Below, one piece after another: positions 1 to 14,600 of a stretch of DNA of 64,000 nucleotides. The stretch is from Lineus longissimus (Eukaryota): assembly GCF_910592395.1 (NCBI RefSeq), contig NC_088308.1:2728001-2792000 (forward strand), written 5' to 3'. The position numbers and the translations under genes were made by a program. Position 1 is the stretch's first letter. The number at the start of each line of letters is the position of its first letter. The notes under the pieces are model-generated. The model did no database searches. It was given only the letters and a program-made list of their open reading frames with translations, and had not been told where the DNA came from.

Positions 1-1166
1 CTCAGCTTCCAAATGTCTCAACCTTACTCCATATATTTGACCACACTATACAGCCAATACTTTTATATGGCAGTGATATTTGGGGATGTTTTAACCCTAT
101 GTCCTCAAAAGTTAAAAGAGAGAGAGAATTTAAGATTGATAAGGGATTCGAAAATCTCCCCTGTGAGAACCTTCACATGAAGTTCTGTAAATATGTACTG
201 GGTGTTAACACAAATGCCACAAATCTGGCCGTGTATGGCGAGTTGGGCAGACATCCACTGTATTTAATGATAGCCAAATCTATGTTCTCTTTCTGGCTAA
301 GGCTTGAATCCTTGTCTCTCAACACAGTGGATGGGGAAATTAGTTCGAAGTCTATTTTAACCAGTGCCTTACAAGTTAGTAAGGATCTAGACAACAAAGG
401 AAAACAGTCTTGGTTTTCTTGTATAAAATTTATTTGTGGTTGTCTGAATCTGGATGCAAACAATGCTGAAAGTGTTTCAACCTCCAGTCTTGTTCATAAA
501 TTAGGTGAAGAATTTTACAGAAAGTGGAAGCTAGAAATTTGGGATGATTCTCGGAATCCAAATGCTAAAAACAAATTACGCACTTATAGGTCCTTCAAAA
601 CGCAACTCTGCTGTGAGAAATATCTGACTTCAATTTCAAGTTTTTCTTTAAGAAGATCCCTTTGTTGTTTCCGCATTAGCTGTCACGATCTAGCCATTGA
701 AAGAGGTAGATACAAAAAACTTAAAGTTGAAGAGAGGGTGTGTTCTTGTGATGGGACTTCAATAGAAGACGAGGTTCACTTTCTAACTGCCTGCCCAAAA
801 TATGATAAGGAACGATTTTTTCTCAGTTATCAATGAGAACAACATCAACTTTTCAGGTCTCTCACCAGGAAATAAGTTTATCTGGCTTCTTTCAAATGAG
901 GACCCTGGAATTTGTCAGAAGCTATCATCATTTTTACAGAAATGCTTTTCTGATCGCATAAAATAAGGACCTCCTCTCTCCCACCTACTAGTATCTACTC
1001 CAGGTTTGACCCCGGTAGTAGACTTTATATTGTTACTTTTGTCATGTATCCTTTGTATGTCTTATGTACTTTCAATCAAAATCATTGTATTTCTATTGTA
1101 CCATGTGTACCTTTGCCCTCCGGGCCTTTTGATTAATAAACTAATTTGAATTTGAATTTGAATTTG
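1..1166 (+). mobile_element. 3' end of a non-LTR retrotransposon (RTEX-like), ORF2 C-terminus, frameshifted; 5' part outside window
   Basis: Open frame from the window start (LHIFDHTIQPILLYGSDIWG...AVYGELGRHPL...FRISCHDLAIERGRY...ERVCSC...IEDEVHFLTACPKY) is a LINE ORF2 C-terminal zinc-finger region. A frameshift near 815-825 continues in another frame (NKFIWLLSNEDPGICQKLSSFLQKCFSDRIK*, stop 964-966). Then a short UTR with a GCCC..GGGC hairpin, AATAAA and an (AATTTG)n tail at 1143-1166. Clade assignment is from motif recall only. Confidence 0.85.
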
Positions 1167-1651
1167 TCGTGCTGAAATCAGCGCCTCTAGTGTCAAGATT
1201 GGTATCGGTTGCGTGTCTCCAAATAGCTTCGGGAACACCTCACCTTACCTCTGACCGGACAGTGTGATGTATGATTAGACCTAATCCGGTTTACCGTCCA
1301 CCTCCCGCATGTTAAATTTTTTTCATTATTTAAAAAAGCTATTTATTTTACTGTTGCCATTATTTTTTTATTCAAACAATCTTTCCAGTGGTTCAACAAT
1401 CAACTTTACCTAAACTGATTGAAAAACACATGTCGGTATCCCTCTTCTGAAGACGGATTGTCGCACACGCCGCCCAATGACAGGGATGTTTCCAATGTAT
1501 AGAGGCCCCATAGCCAGGCCTAGGCCTATACATACGCAGAGGTCACCAGGTCGTCACACTCAACTCAGACAACTGTTACTTCTGACGCCCTTTTTCAATT
1601 GATACTCTGAAGGAGGCAATATGTAGCAAACTAGGCTTATGCGCATGTTTT

Positions 1652-1694
1652 GTGACTGACTCAAAGTGACTGACTCAAGCAAAGTGACTGACTC
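1652..1694. repeat. Three tandem copies of GTGACTGACTC (two contain AP-1-like TGACTCA) upstream of BPTF
   Basis: gtgactgactcaaa-gtgactgactcaagcaaa-gtgactgactcg read directly; function not shown. Confidence 0.6.
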
Positions 1695-2235
1695 GAAATT
1701 CAAAAAAGGGGAAACGCCCTAAAGCCCGCAAATGCCTTACTAGTTATCAGTAACCATATTAACAATCTTCCGAGGATTCCGGTAACTTCGATTTGAAATC
1801 CCACTTGTTTGAAATAAATAATGGTTGTCAGGATTTTTCGTCCGCTGCCAATAGTACTCGTGCATCTTATTATCATATTGTTATGTGGATGTTGTTGCTG
1901 TGTCACACATTGTTTACCAGAAGTTCAAAACGCACGTGTAATTTCGAGGAAACAGGCCTGGAAATCAGGTTGAGCGCCGTCTACCAGAAAAGAAAAAAAC
2001 TAGTGACCTAAAAATTCCGACGCTCTTTGAAACAAGTGATTTGATTTGCTGGATTTTCAGGCGATTCGGGGGAGGTACTGTCCCAAAAACTAAAACCCCA
2101 AACGAGTGCCATAGTCTCCTACTAAAGATTATCCACAAAAGAATGAAATCTTTCATCCCATCTGTGTAGATATCACATATAATGGCCAGAAAACCTGAAG
2201 CAATGATGGAATCGCCTAGCGCGCCACCGAGCGTT

Positions 2236-2484
2236 CCACCAATCAGAGGAGCGCTTTCATTCCATAGTTTGGAACATTAGAGGCCATTTTGCCGTTCGCT
2301 TTGTGAAATCCGATTTATCGCCTTATTTTGTTGTTTCAAGAAGTCGTTTGCCACCGAAAGTTTGGACGAACTGTACAAGAACACAGTGACTTGCAAAATT
2401 GCGTAAAATACGCGAAGGTATCGGTGTTTTGCGATAAAACAGGACCTTCCTAGGTCACGTGACCATTGTTAGAGAAATGGCGGC
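2236..2484 (+). promoter_or_regulatory. Probable BPTF promoter / 5' UTR exon region
   Basis: CpG-richer segment with a CCAAT box (~2238), YY1-like GCCATTTT (~2283) and AAATGGCGGC (~2475), a candidate donor AAG|GTATCG at 2417/2418, and an acceptor TGCAG at 2591-2595 just before the ATG. Confidence 0.5.
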
Positions 2485-2607
2485 TTCCAAAATGTTCAAC
2501 ATGGATCCTAAAAATAATGCCCCTCTCATCAGGTTATGTTCATTCATTCAGAATTAGAGACAATGAAATGTTACAATAGTTTGTAGCAACTGCAGAAACC
2601 TTTCAAA

Positions 2608-5600
2608 ATGTCGATGCGCCCAAGGCGAACGCGTACGTCGCGTGGACGTCCGCCAAAATCTGAACCGACCAGCAGATCGTCCACTTTTCTGGTGAAGAAG
2701 CCCAAGTTTTATGAAGCAAGTGAGAATAGTAATGACAGCTCGCAGTTTGAAGTACCAACGGGTAGTGTTCCTGGTACACCATCATCTAGGAGCTCTTCCA
2801 GGGCAGAGCGGAAGGGAAGAGATGCTGCACAACGTAGTCGTTCTTTTATGCAGAGGGTTTTGCAAAATAACAGAGCTGAACATTTTGACGATGATGATCA
2901 TGATGATGACGATCCAAGAAGTGAAGTCCTCTACAGAAATTATCCGTACAGCGGTGATGAAGCAGGGAGCGATATTGAGACGCCCTCTGCTAGCATACTG
3001 GGCGAACGTGAAAGCGACTTGCCATTTGATGACAATGGATCAGATAGTGAATTTAGCGTGGAAAGTTACAGCACAATGAACAGCACCAGCAGGAGGAGAT
3101 ATTTTGCATTACAAAGACCAGAGTTTGACGTTGATGAAGAAGAAATTCCGCCTCTAGTGCTCCCAACTAGTTCAACAGATCTAATCCTCCCTTCTGAAAA
3201 ACTACTTCCAGCAATGGGAGTCTATGAAGTATTGCGTCATTTCCGGACAATCCTGCGTTTATCACCGTTCAGGTTTGAGGACTTCTGCGCTGCTCTAATC
3301 AGTGATGAACAGTGCTGCCTCTTGTCAGAAATCCACATATCATTGATGCGAGCACTGCTCAGAGAAGAAGATGGTAACAATACAACGTTTGGACCACATG
3401 ATTTGAAGGACAGCATCAATATATCTTTCTTATTTCTTGATGGAATGACTTGGCCTGAACTTGTCCGAATGTACTTGGATAGCGACAAAAGTCTGGAGTT
3501 TGAAATTGCACTGAAAGCTATCCATGATTCTAGGGCAGATCACCCGTATACTTCACCGGCTGCTAAATTAACAGTTATCCAGACATTGACTGATCTCTTC
3601 CTTTCGACGAACAGTGTTCGAGAAGAAATCATGAATGAAGGCAACATTCAGTATGATGATCACTGCAGATGCTGCCACAAGTGAGTACAAGACTATGGAA
3701 TGATCCTACTTCATTGATATCCATTGTTATGTATTTTCAGGTTGTGTAGTACTCTGGAAAAGTATGGAAAAAGTTATAATACTGAACCTGTCTGTGGGGG
3801 CAATTACTGAGCTGCCCTTTGTATACTGTAACATTATTATGGATTTATCTTGTTGTTTTGTTGTCAGGAAAGAATCTGAAGAAGTGTTGTATTGCAACAC
3901 CAATCTTGTTGGATATGACAGCTGTTTGAATTTGGTGACTTCTTGAGTTCATTTCAAATTAGTTGCTGTAATTCTTGGTAGATGGCAGGTCTGTTATGTT
4001 TAACTAAATTTCTTGATTCCTTTTAGGCTTGGTGATCTACTGTGTTGTGAAACCTGCCCCGCAGTCTACCACTTGACCTGTGTTGATCCACCATTAGAGG
4101 AGGTCCCGGAGGATGACTGGTTGTGCAATGTTTGTAAGGCTCATCAGTTGGAGGGTGTCACTGACTGCGTGTCTGAGCTGGAGAAGAGTGGGATGATGTG
4201 TCGGCAAGAACCTCTTGGGTTTGATCGCCATGGCAGGAAATACTGGTTCTTGTCAAGAAGAATTTTTGTGTGAGTTACCTGGTGTTAATATTTGTTCCAT
4301 CCAATGCAGCATACAATTAAAACTCCAAAAGGTAGTAGTTGAGGTAGTTGGGGGGCAAGAGACAGCTGATGTGAAAATGTATAGGACTAGAAGTTTGAGT
4401 GGTCAGTCCAAAAGCAGTTTCTTCTTTCGATTTAAATATTTTTGCTTTGCAAGCTGTGGTGATTTGAACTGTACATGTATTTAACATTATAAAACAGGAA
4501 TTTTCAAAATGTTTTTCAGTGAGGGTGAGAATGAAGTTTGGTACTACTCTTCCAAGTATCAATTTGAAGAGTTGATGGAGACTCTGGATGGCGAAAAATG
4601 GGAGTTCATATTGGTGAAGGCGATTGAGGATGTCAAAGAAGACATCATGAAACAGATGGATATGACAGAAAAGTTGACCAACGAGGCTCGTGGTACTACA
4701 CCATCAATACTAGATACTGAAAGCAGTGAGTATTTTTTTTCAGAAAGTGCTGTCCAATGACAAATTTTGAATAATTCAGCTGGAATTGGAATTTTCTTAG
4801 TTGACTGACTCGGCAATAGAATTAAACTGAAGTGTATGAAAAGTATTTATCCAAGTTGGTCCAAGTGTAACCTATTCCTTTCTCTTGTAGGTGTCGTGAA
4901 GAAGATTCAAGCAGAGAGAGCTGCGAGAAGGGCCCAAGAGGACCCCGAGAAAGAGAAAGCTGAGGGACAGGCAGCACTGGGGGATGGAAAGAAAGATGAG
5001 GAATCTCGACCTCAGAATGAAGAAGGTATTGCATACAATATGTAGAATATGCAATCGCACAAAAATTTATAATTAAAGTGTTTGTCAGTCCTTGTGCACA
5101 TGTCAGCAGTGAGCAGGAGTGGGTAATTTTAAAGGGAATGACCTGGCAATTTGACAAGCTTTTCACGAAGACACATGTACTGACGGTGTAATGCTGATCT
5201 GTGTAGCTGAATTTTCATTTCACTTCTGTATTCAGGTAAAGAAGACCGCCCAAAAGCAGAAGAAGACCTGAAGAATGAGAAGTTGGAAGAAGATGAAACA
5301 AACAATGACAAGGTTAAAAAGTCTGATGAAAGGAAGGAAGAAGTACCAAAAGTTGAGTCGCCTGGTACAGATGGGGATGCAGAGCAGACAAAACCTGAGG
5401 CAGCCAACTCCAGCGTCGGTAGTGATGAAAAGGTTGTAGAGATGGAGTTAGATGAAGCTGGAGTGCAGTCCACTGCTGAGGAGAAGAAGGGTGGTGTGCC
5501 TGAAATAGTGACTGGTGCAACCTTAGAGGCTGCTGTAACCACTGTAAGTATCACCAGTCAATGAAAACGGGCTGCTTAACCAAGATGAATTGCTCAAAAC

Positions 5601-8600
5601 TTCCGTCTAAATGATTGATGATTGTTTTGACCTGGATTGTGAAGTGAAAATTACTCTCACTTCCTGCCGGGAGGGTATCCCTAACATCTGGACAGCGTAT
5701 AGACTTAATGAAAACCACTTCATAATACAAAATGAAAAGCAAGAAATCTTTTTCAGGCGGAGACCACTACAACAACCACAGCATCTGAGAGCACAAGAGA
5801 GAGTACCACGGTTAGCCATTTGAAGACTGGGTCTGATACGGTACAGAATGACATGGAAGTCGTGGAAACAACCAAAACAACCACTACCACTACTACAGTT
5901 AAAGTCATAAAAGCAAGTGCAACCGATGCTGTCAAAACTGGTGAAGAGGGACCAGAAAAGATGGATGTTGATGAGGGTGTGAAAATTGAAGGAGAGAAAG
6001 ATGAAGGCGATGTGAAGGAGGAGAAGGTTTTAGCTGATGAGGCGGCCGGTGGTGAGAAGATGGAAGTTCAGGCTGAGGCTGGGTCCGAGCAGACGCACGT
6101 TGTGGATGAGCAGGGAGATGGAGAAAAGATGGATGCTGATGCTGAAGAGTGTAATAAAGATGCGAATGTTGTTGTTGAATCCTCCAGTATTACAACGAAT
6201 TCTGAAGTCGCAAAAGGTAAAAACCAGCAGTGTGTCATTTGCTGCGTTAAAAATGCAAGTTGGACATTCTGCTCCTGTAAATGCCAGAGATCGGATGATA
6301 GAAAAACACACTCGGAGATGACAGGGACGAAGAATTAGCAATAATAGAATGAGGCTCCATCTCATGGGTTGTTCGTGAACTAACCTGTCTATTTACTGAA
6401 GACAAAGATTTAACTGGGACTTTAAGACTTTTTTGTAGACTACTGAACGAAACAAACCTCCAATTAAATTATAAGAGTCTGTTATCTTTTGATTGAACTT
6501 TTATTTGATGCTTATATTCCCACAGATGGCAGAAGGATGACAACAAGATATCGGACTGGATCCCTGGTACCAAAGCAGTTTCCAGACTCGATTGTGTCGA
6601 CCACTGCTAGTGTGAAGATGACAAGCAAAAATAACATCATATCAGTCAAGAGTAGCAACACTAATACCAGTACTACAGCATCGGATGAGTCGGTTTTAGT
6701 CATCAACAAAAACGGTGATATCACTCGAGTCACTCGAAACAAGATATCATCTTCAGCATCATCCACAGTCTCAACAACCTCGGTCAAAACGGAACTGTTC
6801 AAACTAGGTGAGCTATCTTTTACTTACAAGACAACTGCTTTTAGACAGTCGGGGGAACTGTCTGGAGTATATAGTCAGTCAGAAATGGAAATTTGGGACT
6901 CTGAACTGGTTTTGAACCCAGTGATCTGTCTGTAATGTGAAGTCTTGATTGATGCTGTTTGTGAGTTGCAAAGCCCAGCTCGGATATGTTCGACTTTTCT
7001 TTTTCAGGCATGGAGGGAAACTATAAGCAGTATGTGAACCAGTATTCAACAAACAACCTTGCATTGAACAAACACCAGCACAATGAAGATCGTGACAAGC
7101 GACGCTACCTCTCGCACAAGTTCAGCCTGACCCCTGCCAGCGATTTCAAGTGGAATGGCACAGTGTATGGCAACAAGACTTACTGTACTGCAACACTTAG
7201 GCTCAGCCTCACTCATTTGGAGAGTAACATCCCTGGAGCTTTCCTGCATCCGAACTGGTCCATTCATCAGAAGAACTGGCTGCAAGCAGTGCACAGTTGT
7301 AGCTCTCCATATGATTTTGGTATGGCCATGACAATCCTTGAGACCAGCATCAAGCCAGTACTGTTCACTTCAGTTTGGCAGGATCAGTTAGGTGAGAATT
7401 CTGGTTATATGGTCATTTGTTCTGTTCTTTTACAAAGGTAGTTTGGACAATATACTAGGGTAAAACAAGTCAGTTAACTCTCTGAGCCCTCTCTTTGACT
7501 TTGCACCATCAGATTTTCAAATGCTTCGCAAAAAGTACACCTTTGTCGTCTACATGTGAGAATTTGCTGTGATAAAATGACTTCCGCTCTTTGTTTAGGT
7601 CACGTCAAACTGCAGAGAATCACGGCCTTAGATCGTGAAGAAATGAAAAAGAGAGAGCGAGAAACAAGAGGTGTCCCAGGCCAAACAGAAGACTACACCT
7701 ATGTTTGGGTGAAATATCCTCGAGGATTAAAACATCAGGTTCGTAGATACTTGAAATCCGCAGATCAGCACCTCTCACCTCTGAGGCCATAGATCAGACT
7801 CGGATGTGACAGCAGAGGTTTCCTCCTAAGTACATTACATTAATAAACTAGGTGCTGCCGACAAGAGTGAACAATTGGAATGTTTAAGCTTTTTTTGCAG
7901 GTCTAGTTTCTTGACCCCGCCAGGTGTTGTTCATTAGTGCTGTCCTTTTCTCAGGACACCTCTCATTTAATATACCTAATGTTTTTGTTTCAGGTGTGGA
8001 AACAAAGAGGTGAAGAGTATCGAATCACTGGCAATGGTGGTTGGTATTGGGTCAGTATAACAAGGGATGGTCAATATACGCCACAGAACAGTGTCGGTCT
8101 GAGAGCGGTTGCAAGGAAGCTGATGGCACGTAAAGCACGAGAACTTGAGGCCTTGGAAAAAACTGATAAAGAGGCGACTGACAAAGGGACTGTTAGCATG
8201 GAGATAGATGAGAATGAAGGCTTGGTAAAAGAGCAGGAAAAAATGGATACCGAGGAAGAGAAGGTGGATGGAGAGATTGAGAAAGCTGAAGGAGAAGTTG
8301 ATGCTGAGAAGAAGGGTAGCGAGAAGAAGGATGACATTGCAACTGCAGCAACGGAGGAGACGGAAAAGGGTCCAAAATCAAGGGAAGAGGCCGAGAAGAG
8401 TGTGAAGGAAGATGGGGAAGAAAGTATGGAAACTAAGGCTAAGAAAGACGCCAAGATGGCAAAAGCTGGGGGCAAGGGAGCTGAGAAAGAACCAATTGCA
8501 TTCAGTTTGTCTCAAATCTCAAGGCTGTATCCGAAAGTTGATTTAGTCAATGTCTCGGAGTCTTTACAGAAGAGGGATCATTATCCTAAGATAACTAAAC

Positions 8601-11600
8601 CATATTCCAAGCTTGACTCACTCCTTGATCGACGTATGAAACAGGATGAATGGGAAGCTAAACAGAGACGTGTGATAGAGAGTTTACACACGCGACAGGC
8701 CGCAGCAAAGGAGATTATTAAAAAGCACCACGCTGAAAAAGCAAAGAAGGGTGAGGAGAAAGAGAAAGTGACTGAGCCAGAGGAAAGTAAAACGAAGCCA
8801 GAGAAACATTACCAGTGTTATTCGTCTTCGTGTAGAAATTCTCCGGAACACAGGCCTTGTTATTCATCGAGTTGTCCAAAGAAGAAGGGAGACTGGAAGA
8901 GATTGTCTGATGATAGTGAGGATGAAATGGATGAAGTGGACAGGCAGATAAAAATGGTCGAAAGAGGAAAAAACGGTCAGATTGATCAGGATGCTTCGGA
9001 TAAGGAATCTGACACGAGGTCTGGGAGCAATAGTCCATCGGATAATATGATGGATGTGTGTGGTGACGAGGGGCAGGAATCTGATAAGAAAAAAGGCGGG
9101 GAAGCTAAAAACAGTTGCGATTCAGATGAGAAGGGACCAAGTGGAAGTGGGAAGGGGCCTGAATACGAGGAAGTGAATGTTTTGGACACTCCTGCAAAGG
9201 TGAAAAATGATGAGAATGTTTCTTTTGGTGAGCCTGGTCAGAAAAAAGTTGCGAGTTCTCTTGTTACCCTATTGAAGAAGGTCAGTTCCGAAGTTGTTAA
9301 GCCGAAGGGTCTGGAGGAGAGTGGCCAGGCAGAGGATTGCGAGGACAAGGCTGGGAGTAAAGTTGTAAACCCGAAAGATTCTGGGGACATGGGCCAGAGT
9401 GGTGAACCAAATGAAGCAAAATTGGGAGATTCTGATGGCGCAAGTTGTGAAATAAAGAAAGTCTGTTCTGAAACTGGTGAGATAGAAACTAGTTCTGAAT
9501 CTCATAACAAAGAGGGAAACAAACCAGGAACGAGCTCTGAGAAGGCTAAGGCTGAGAAAGATGCTGGAAAGTGGGTTAAAGGTACAGGATCTGGGAATAA
9601 GAAGGCAGAGACTGCAAAGAAGTCGAACCCAGCCCTCCCTCTTCTCTCAGAAATGACGTATGCTCAGGCTGTGAAGCATTTGGCTACTCTTCCAGATCAT
9701 AAGATGGCTGAACTGCAATCTAAGCAGCCTCCTGAAAGGAAGACTTTTGAGCCAGTACAGCTTGCCCGGTTCACAAAACCTGTAGCGCGAAGGGTGAAGA
9801 ACAAGAAAGGATCAATTCCCCTCCTACAGAAGTTTGTAACCAGAGGGAAAAAGAGAAGTGTTTTTCTTCTGGAAAAGTGGGATGCACAAAGACTCGCTCG
9901 TAAGAAAGGCCACATTGAGGCATCAGGGTTCAATTACAATTGCAAAATGAACAATGTAAATTGGATATACCCCTGTCCAAGACCGACGTTCAAAACGGCT
10001 TGGCGGTATCGGACTATGAACTTACATTCTTATGCGGCAGCTGCTTTACAGTTGAGGATTCTGTGGGCGTGTTTACGGTGGGACGACATGAATGTCAAAC
10101 CTCCTGCTGGCGGGACCAATACTATTTCTACAGAAAGTGAGATCACAACCACAGAGCTTTTGAAGCGAAGGGACGTTGGACCTTTTGGACTGCGAGCAGA
10201 GTTCCTTGTCAGGAAGATTATCGTACCTATTGGACTACCTCAACCACCTAAAGGTCAGTCTTATCCTATTGAATCACTTTGCGTTTTTCATTAAAAACTA
10301 AAACTTCTTGATGTTTCCAATTAGAGATACTCATTACTGGTGTCACTCTTCGTTTTCAAGAACGAAATTGAGGTGTTAAGGAGCCTTAAAACCTAAAAAC
10401 GGAAAAGTTTGTCTTTTCGTCTTCTCCTTCCCTGCGGTTGGACATGGTCATCTTCCTAGGATGTGTTCCACAATCACGGATCCTGTCTTGGGTGGACAGA
10501 CATTGTTCTCCAAGCCAGGTTGTTCGCTTGTCTGTCTTTTGGTAAAATTTCTGGGTGTTTATATAAGTGCTTTATTTCAGAAGAGAAGAAATACACTCCA
10601 ATTCGTAGTGGTTTGAGGGAAAGGAAGAGACCGGAATCTCCTAAGCAAACAGAGCCCAGTGTGACGGAGCAGTGGATTCCTGAAGAACGGCTCGAACTCT
10701 GGGAGATCAAGCAGTTTGGAGAAAAGTGAGTTTGTTCAAACCAAAACTCGAGGCTCCACTGTTTTGGGAGCAACAGTTCTGGTGCATCAGCAGGGACATT
10801 GTCAATGTTCCACTGTAACCACAACAAAATTGCTGTAACAGTTCAACTCCTTTTAAAACTGTGATTTACTGCCAAGTAAGTGATTTCCATGGTGTCCCTC
10901 TTCTTGCAGTCGCAGTTTAATTTTGTTAAGGGAGTCTTAATTGGTTACAGAGTTCACAAAGACATACCTGAGAATTTTGACGTCACAATCCATTGTATTT
11001 TGTTTGCTTTTCATTTATTCAGGATGTTTTTGGAAAAGTGTCTCAATATGATCATTCAATTTTAGGGTTGAGAAACAAAGACAAGCCCACGTTGATAAAC
11101 AACTAGCTCCGAAGGCAACTATAACCTTATCGTCAGCACCAAGCGCTGTCACAACTGTGGCCAACCTGAAAGCACAGCTTGAAGAACAGTTAAAGAATCA
11201 ACGGGTTCTCGCACAAGCAAAGCGCCTGAATGAACAGATGAAGATGGCGACGACCACAGCACCTGTTGTGTCTAGCCCTAGGACAATCACGATCCCCGTC
11301 TCACGTCCACCTGGAACACCGGGAGGAACTCCAATCATCCGACGTATTACGGTGCAGCCCCGTCAGGCGTCTAATCCCCTCTTGAAAGCTGCTGTGGCGG
11401 GAACCAATTCACCTGCTGGTAAGTTTGTCCGTAGTCTTCTCCGGTTGCTTTGGGTGGTCGAATCAGGACAGGTGGTCAAATCTGCCCATTGTATGTATTC
11501 ATACCAGCAACCTACAGTAGTTGAACTAGTAGCTCAGTTGCTTGCAGAAATCTAGGTGGGTCAAATGGCAAATGGAACTTTTGGCTAGTCTGTTCAATGT

Positions 11601-14600
11601 TGTTCAACTTTTCAGGCGTTTCCACATCCAAGGTGGTGATCGCTCCAAGGACCAGGACAATCCAGCTTCCAGGTACCACCATCACTATTCCACCAACATC
11701 CACTGTGTCATTAGCACCCAAGGCTACCACCACATCTGTCACGTCACCTGCTGCTGGCGCTTCCGTGGGCTCACTAAAGACGATTGCACCTGGACTGCAA
11801 CTCCCAGTTAAAGGTAAGAATGAATGCTATATGTGATGTTTAGTTAGTGCTCCTAGTTGTTTTATAGAAGTAAAGAAGGGTTCCTTTGAGGTGACAGAGT
11901 AGGGTATTTAATCTTTGTGAATAACTTCTTTGATGACCTGTAATTCATACTGAAAATGAAATTAACTTTGAATATAGTGTTACATGTTATATGTTTGATT
12001 TCAGGGACAGTGCCACTCCAGGTTCGCCCATCCAATCCTGGTGTACAAAACTTACAGATCATCCAGACAACCACAGGGCAGCTACAGGTCCGAGGACTTC
12101 TACCAGGTAAGCTATGATAAATGATCAGTGCAACCAACCTGGGTCAGCTACTCGATCTCATTATGGCACCAGTAATAACAGTCTCTGTCTGACATCTGTT
12201 GACATATTGGCTAGGAAGCTTTGGTCATCATGCCATTACAGAGATCACAAAAATCATCACCAATAAAAAAAGTTGAAATGACAAAATAACTACAAGTGTT
12301 TGGGCTTTGAAAATGTTTTCATTTGCTGTTGATCGCTCCTTTCCAGGTCAACAGCTTATACGACTTGCCGATGGTCGGTTACAGCTCATCACCCTGCCAA
12401 CCAGTCAGCAGATGGTAAAACTTCAAACTCCGGCGTCATCAGCCCAGACAACTCCAGCAGCAACACAGCCTCAGCCAGTCCCTGTTTCCAGCATATCTTC
12501 ACCACCAAAGCCAATTGTTGTCCCAGCAGCTATTCCAAAACCAACAATCCAAGTGGTCAGTGCTGGACAGTTATCACAAGTAGCGCCATCACCAGTGAGA
12601 ACAACAACGGTGACGGCAGTGTCCGCAGCCCAGCCCAAGCTCCTCACTGTCACATCTCTTCCACGCATGGCCAACCAGTTACCAACTCAACAGGGTCCAC
12701 TAGTCATCACCGCAGCCCAGGCAGCTCCTGCTTTAACGTCACAACAGCCATCTTCCTTACTCCCATCAAATCCTCGGCTCTCTGCCTCAAAGTTGCTAGG
12801 TTTGCAACCACAGCAAGTCAAAGCAGCAAGCTCTGCCCAACCTGTTGTCATTTCACAGATGCCAGCAGGATTGGTGTCACCGGTCAGACCAACTACAACA
12901 GTTGTTCCAATGGGTTCTCCAGTGCCAAACATGCCTGCTGTGACCACGACCATCTCTCCTACTCAATCCATCCTCTCCAGCTTGGGAATCCTCAGCCAGG
13001 CGACATCACCTCCTGCCCAGAGTTCACAAGTCAAATCCATCGTTCCTACGTCTTTGCCTGCCAACCTAGGCGTCACAACTCTTGCCACTGCCCAACCGAG
13101 ATATGCTGTTACTCCTCAAGTCGTGCAACAAGGTAAGCGAACAAGAATTTGTTATTGCTTTCACTGTATCTGATACTTGTTTCTGTTGGCCAACATTCGT
13201 TCAGCGGTCTGCCTTGGAAGACCTAGAATAAGCATTTTCTAAAACATTATAGATCCTTGGGGGGGGGGGGAAAAGAGCTGTATACATGTACTAACACTTT
13301 CTCATGGTGTCACTTGATGGCCTGGAGATGTTAGATGCTGTATCTATTCATCAACCTTATCTGTTTTCAGTTGTAAGACAAGCGCTCCTCCAAAACCAGA
13401 CGCCTGAAATCCAAGCCAAGCTTCTTGCTATGCAGAAGAGAATTACAGTCCCGAAGGGAAGTGAGGCTCTTGCTCAACAGCAGCAACAGGTTTGTGTTAA
13501 CATCTACTTCATCAAAACCCAAATGTGAAGGACAGAACTAGAGAGACATCCATCAAATTTCTTGTAGACAAGCCAGTAAATGATGCACAAACTTACAAAA
13601 TTTGAATGTGTTCATGTTGAAAAGAAGTATCCCTTCCAGGAAGCAATTTGTTCTCCTACACTGTGCGGTCAAGTTTCAAGCACATTGCTTCACCCGTTTA
13701 TCATATTTTCAGCTTGCGGCCCTGAAGGGTAAAGAAAAGCAATTCAGCGTGCAGAACCAATACCAACAACAACTCCTACTCAAACAGCAACAACAGCAAC
13801 AGGCCCAGATGCTGGAGAACTACAGGAAACATAAGGCAGCTAACCGGGATAAAGATGAAGAGCCCAAGTATGTAGATACATTTTAAACATCTTCTCATGT
13901 TACTCATGACTTGAGAGAATAATGCCCTCTGATTGTAACCTCAAATATTGCTGCCACTTTGGAGGAATTGCCATAAGTATATCAATGATACTTTCTAGAT
14001 TATGTACTCGGAATACTCTTTAAAAAGTAGTCGAAGGTATCATACATGTACAGGTAGTCTCGTGCTGATTAGTTTCTTGATTTCTGTTCTCAAGAGAGAA
14101 GAAAGCGAAGAAATTGGCCATGTCAAGTGAAGAGAAGCAGAAGAAGGTTGCCTCGGCCAAGTTGCAGACGTTGTTGTATAAACACAAGGAGGCACTCAAG
14201 AGGGACATACTCAAGAAGAGAGGAATATTGGAGAAAAATATGCAACAAGAAATTGCAGTGAGTACCAATGAATTTGATTGTTGAGAATCTGAACACCATG
14301 GAGATTTCTTGTCTTTGCTCAAGTTGAAATGGTGATGATGCCATTACGTATGTTTGTCCAGTTGCAGAGATGGAGGTTATGTCACTCTGTTACAAGTTTC
14401 TTTCCATTTGGGGAGAGCTGTTTCATGCTTGTTAGCCTTTCTAAGTACTTTGCCCAAGTGTAAATTGCGAAAGGAACTGTCCTCAGCTAGAGTTAAGTCA
14501 TCATTTAGATGTACATGTAGGTGGATGACAGTAATTCTCAAACTTTGCCTGATATTATTGTTATTTTGCAGTTCGAAGTCATAGCAGAGCACAAAAAACT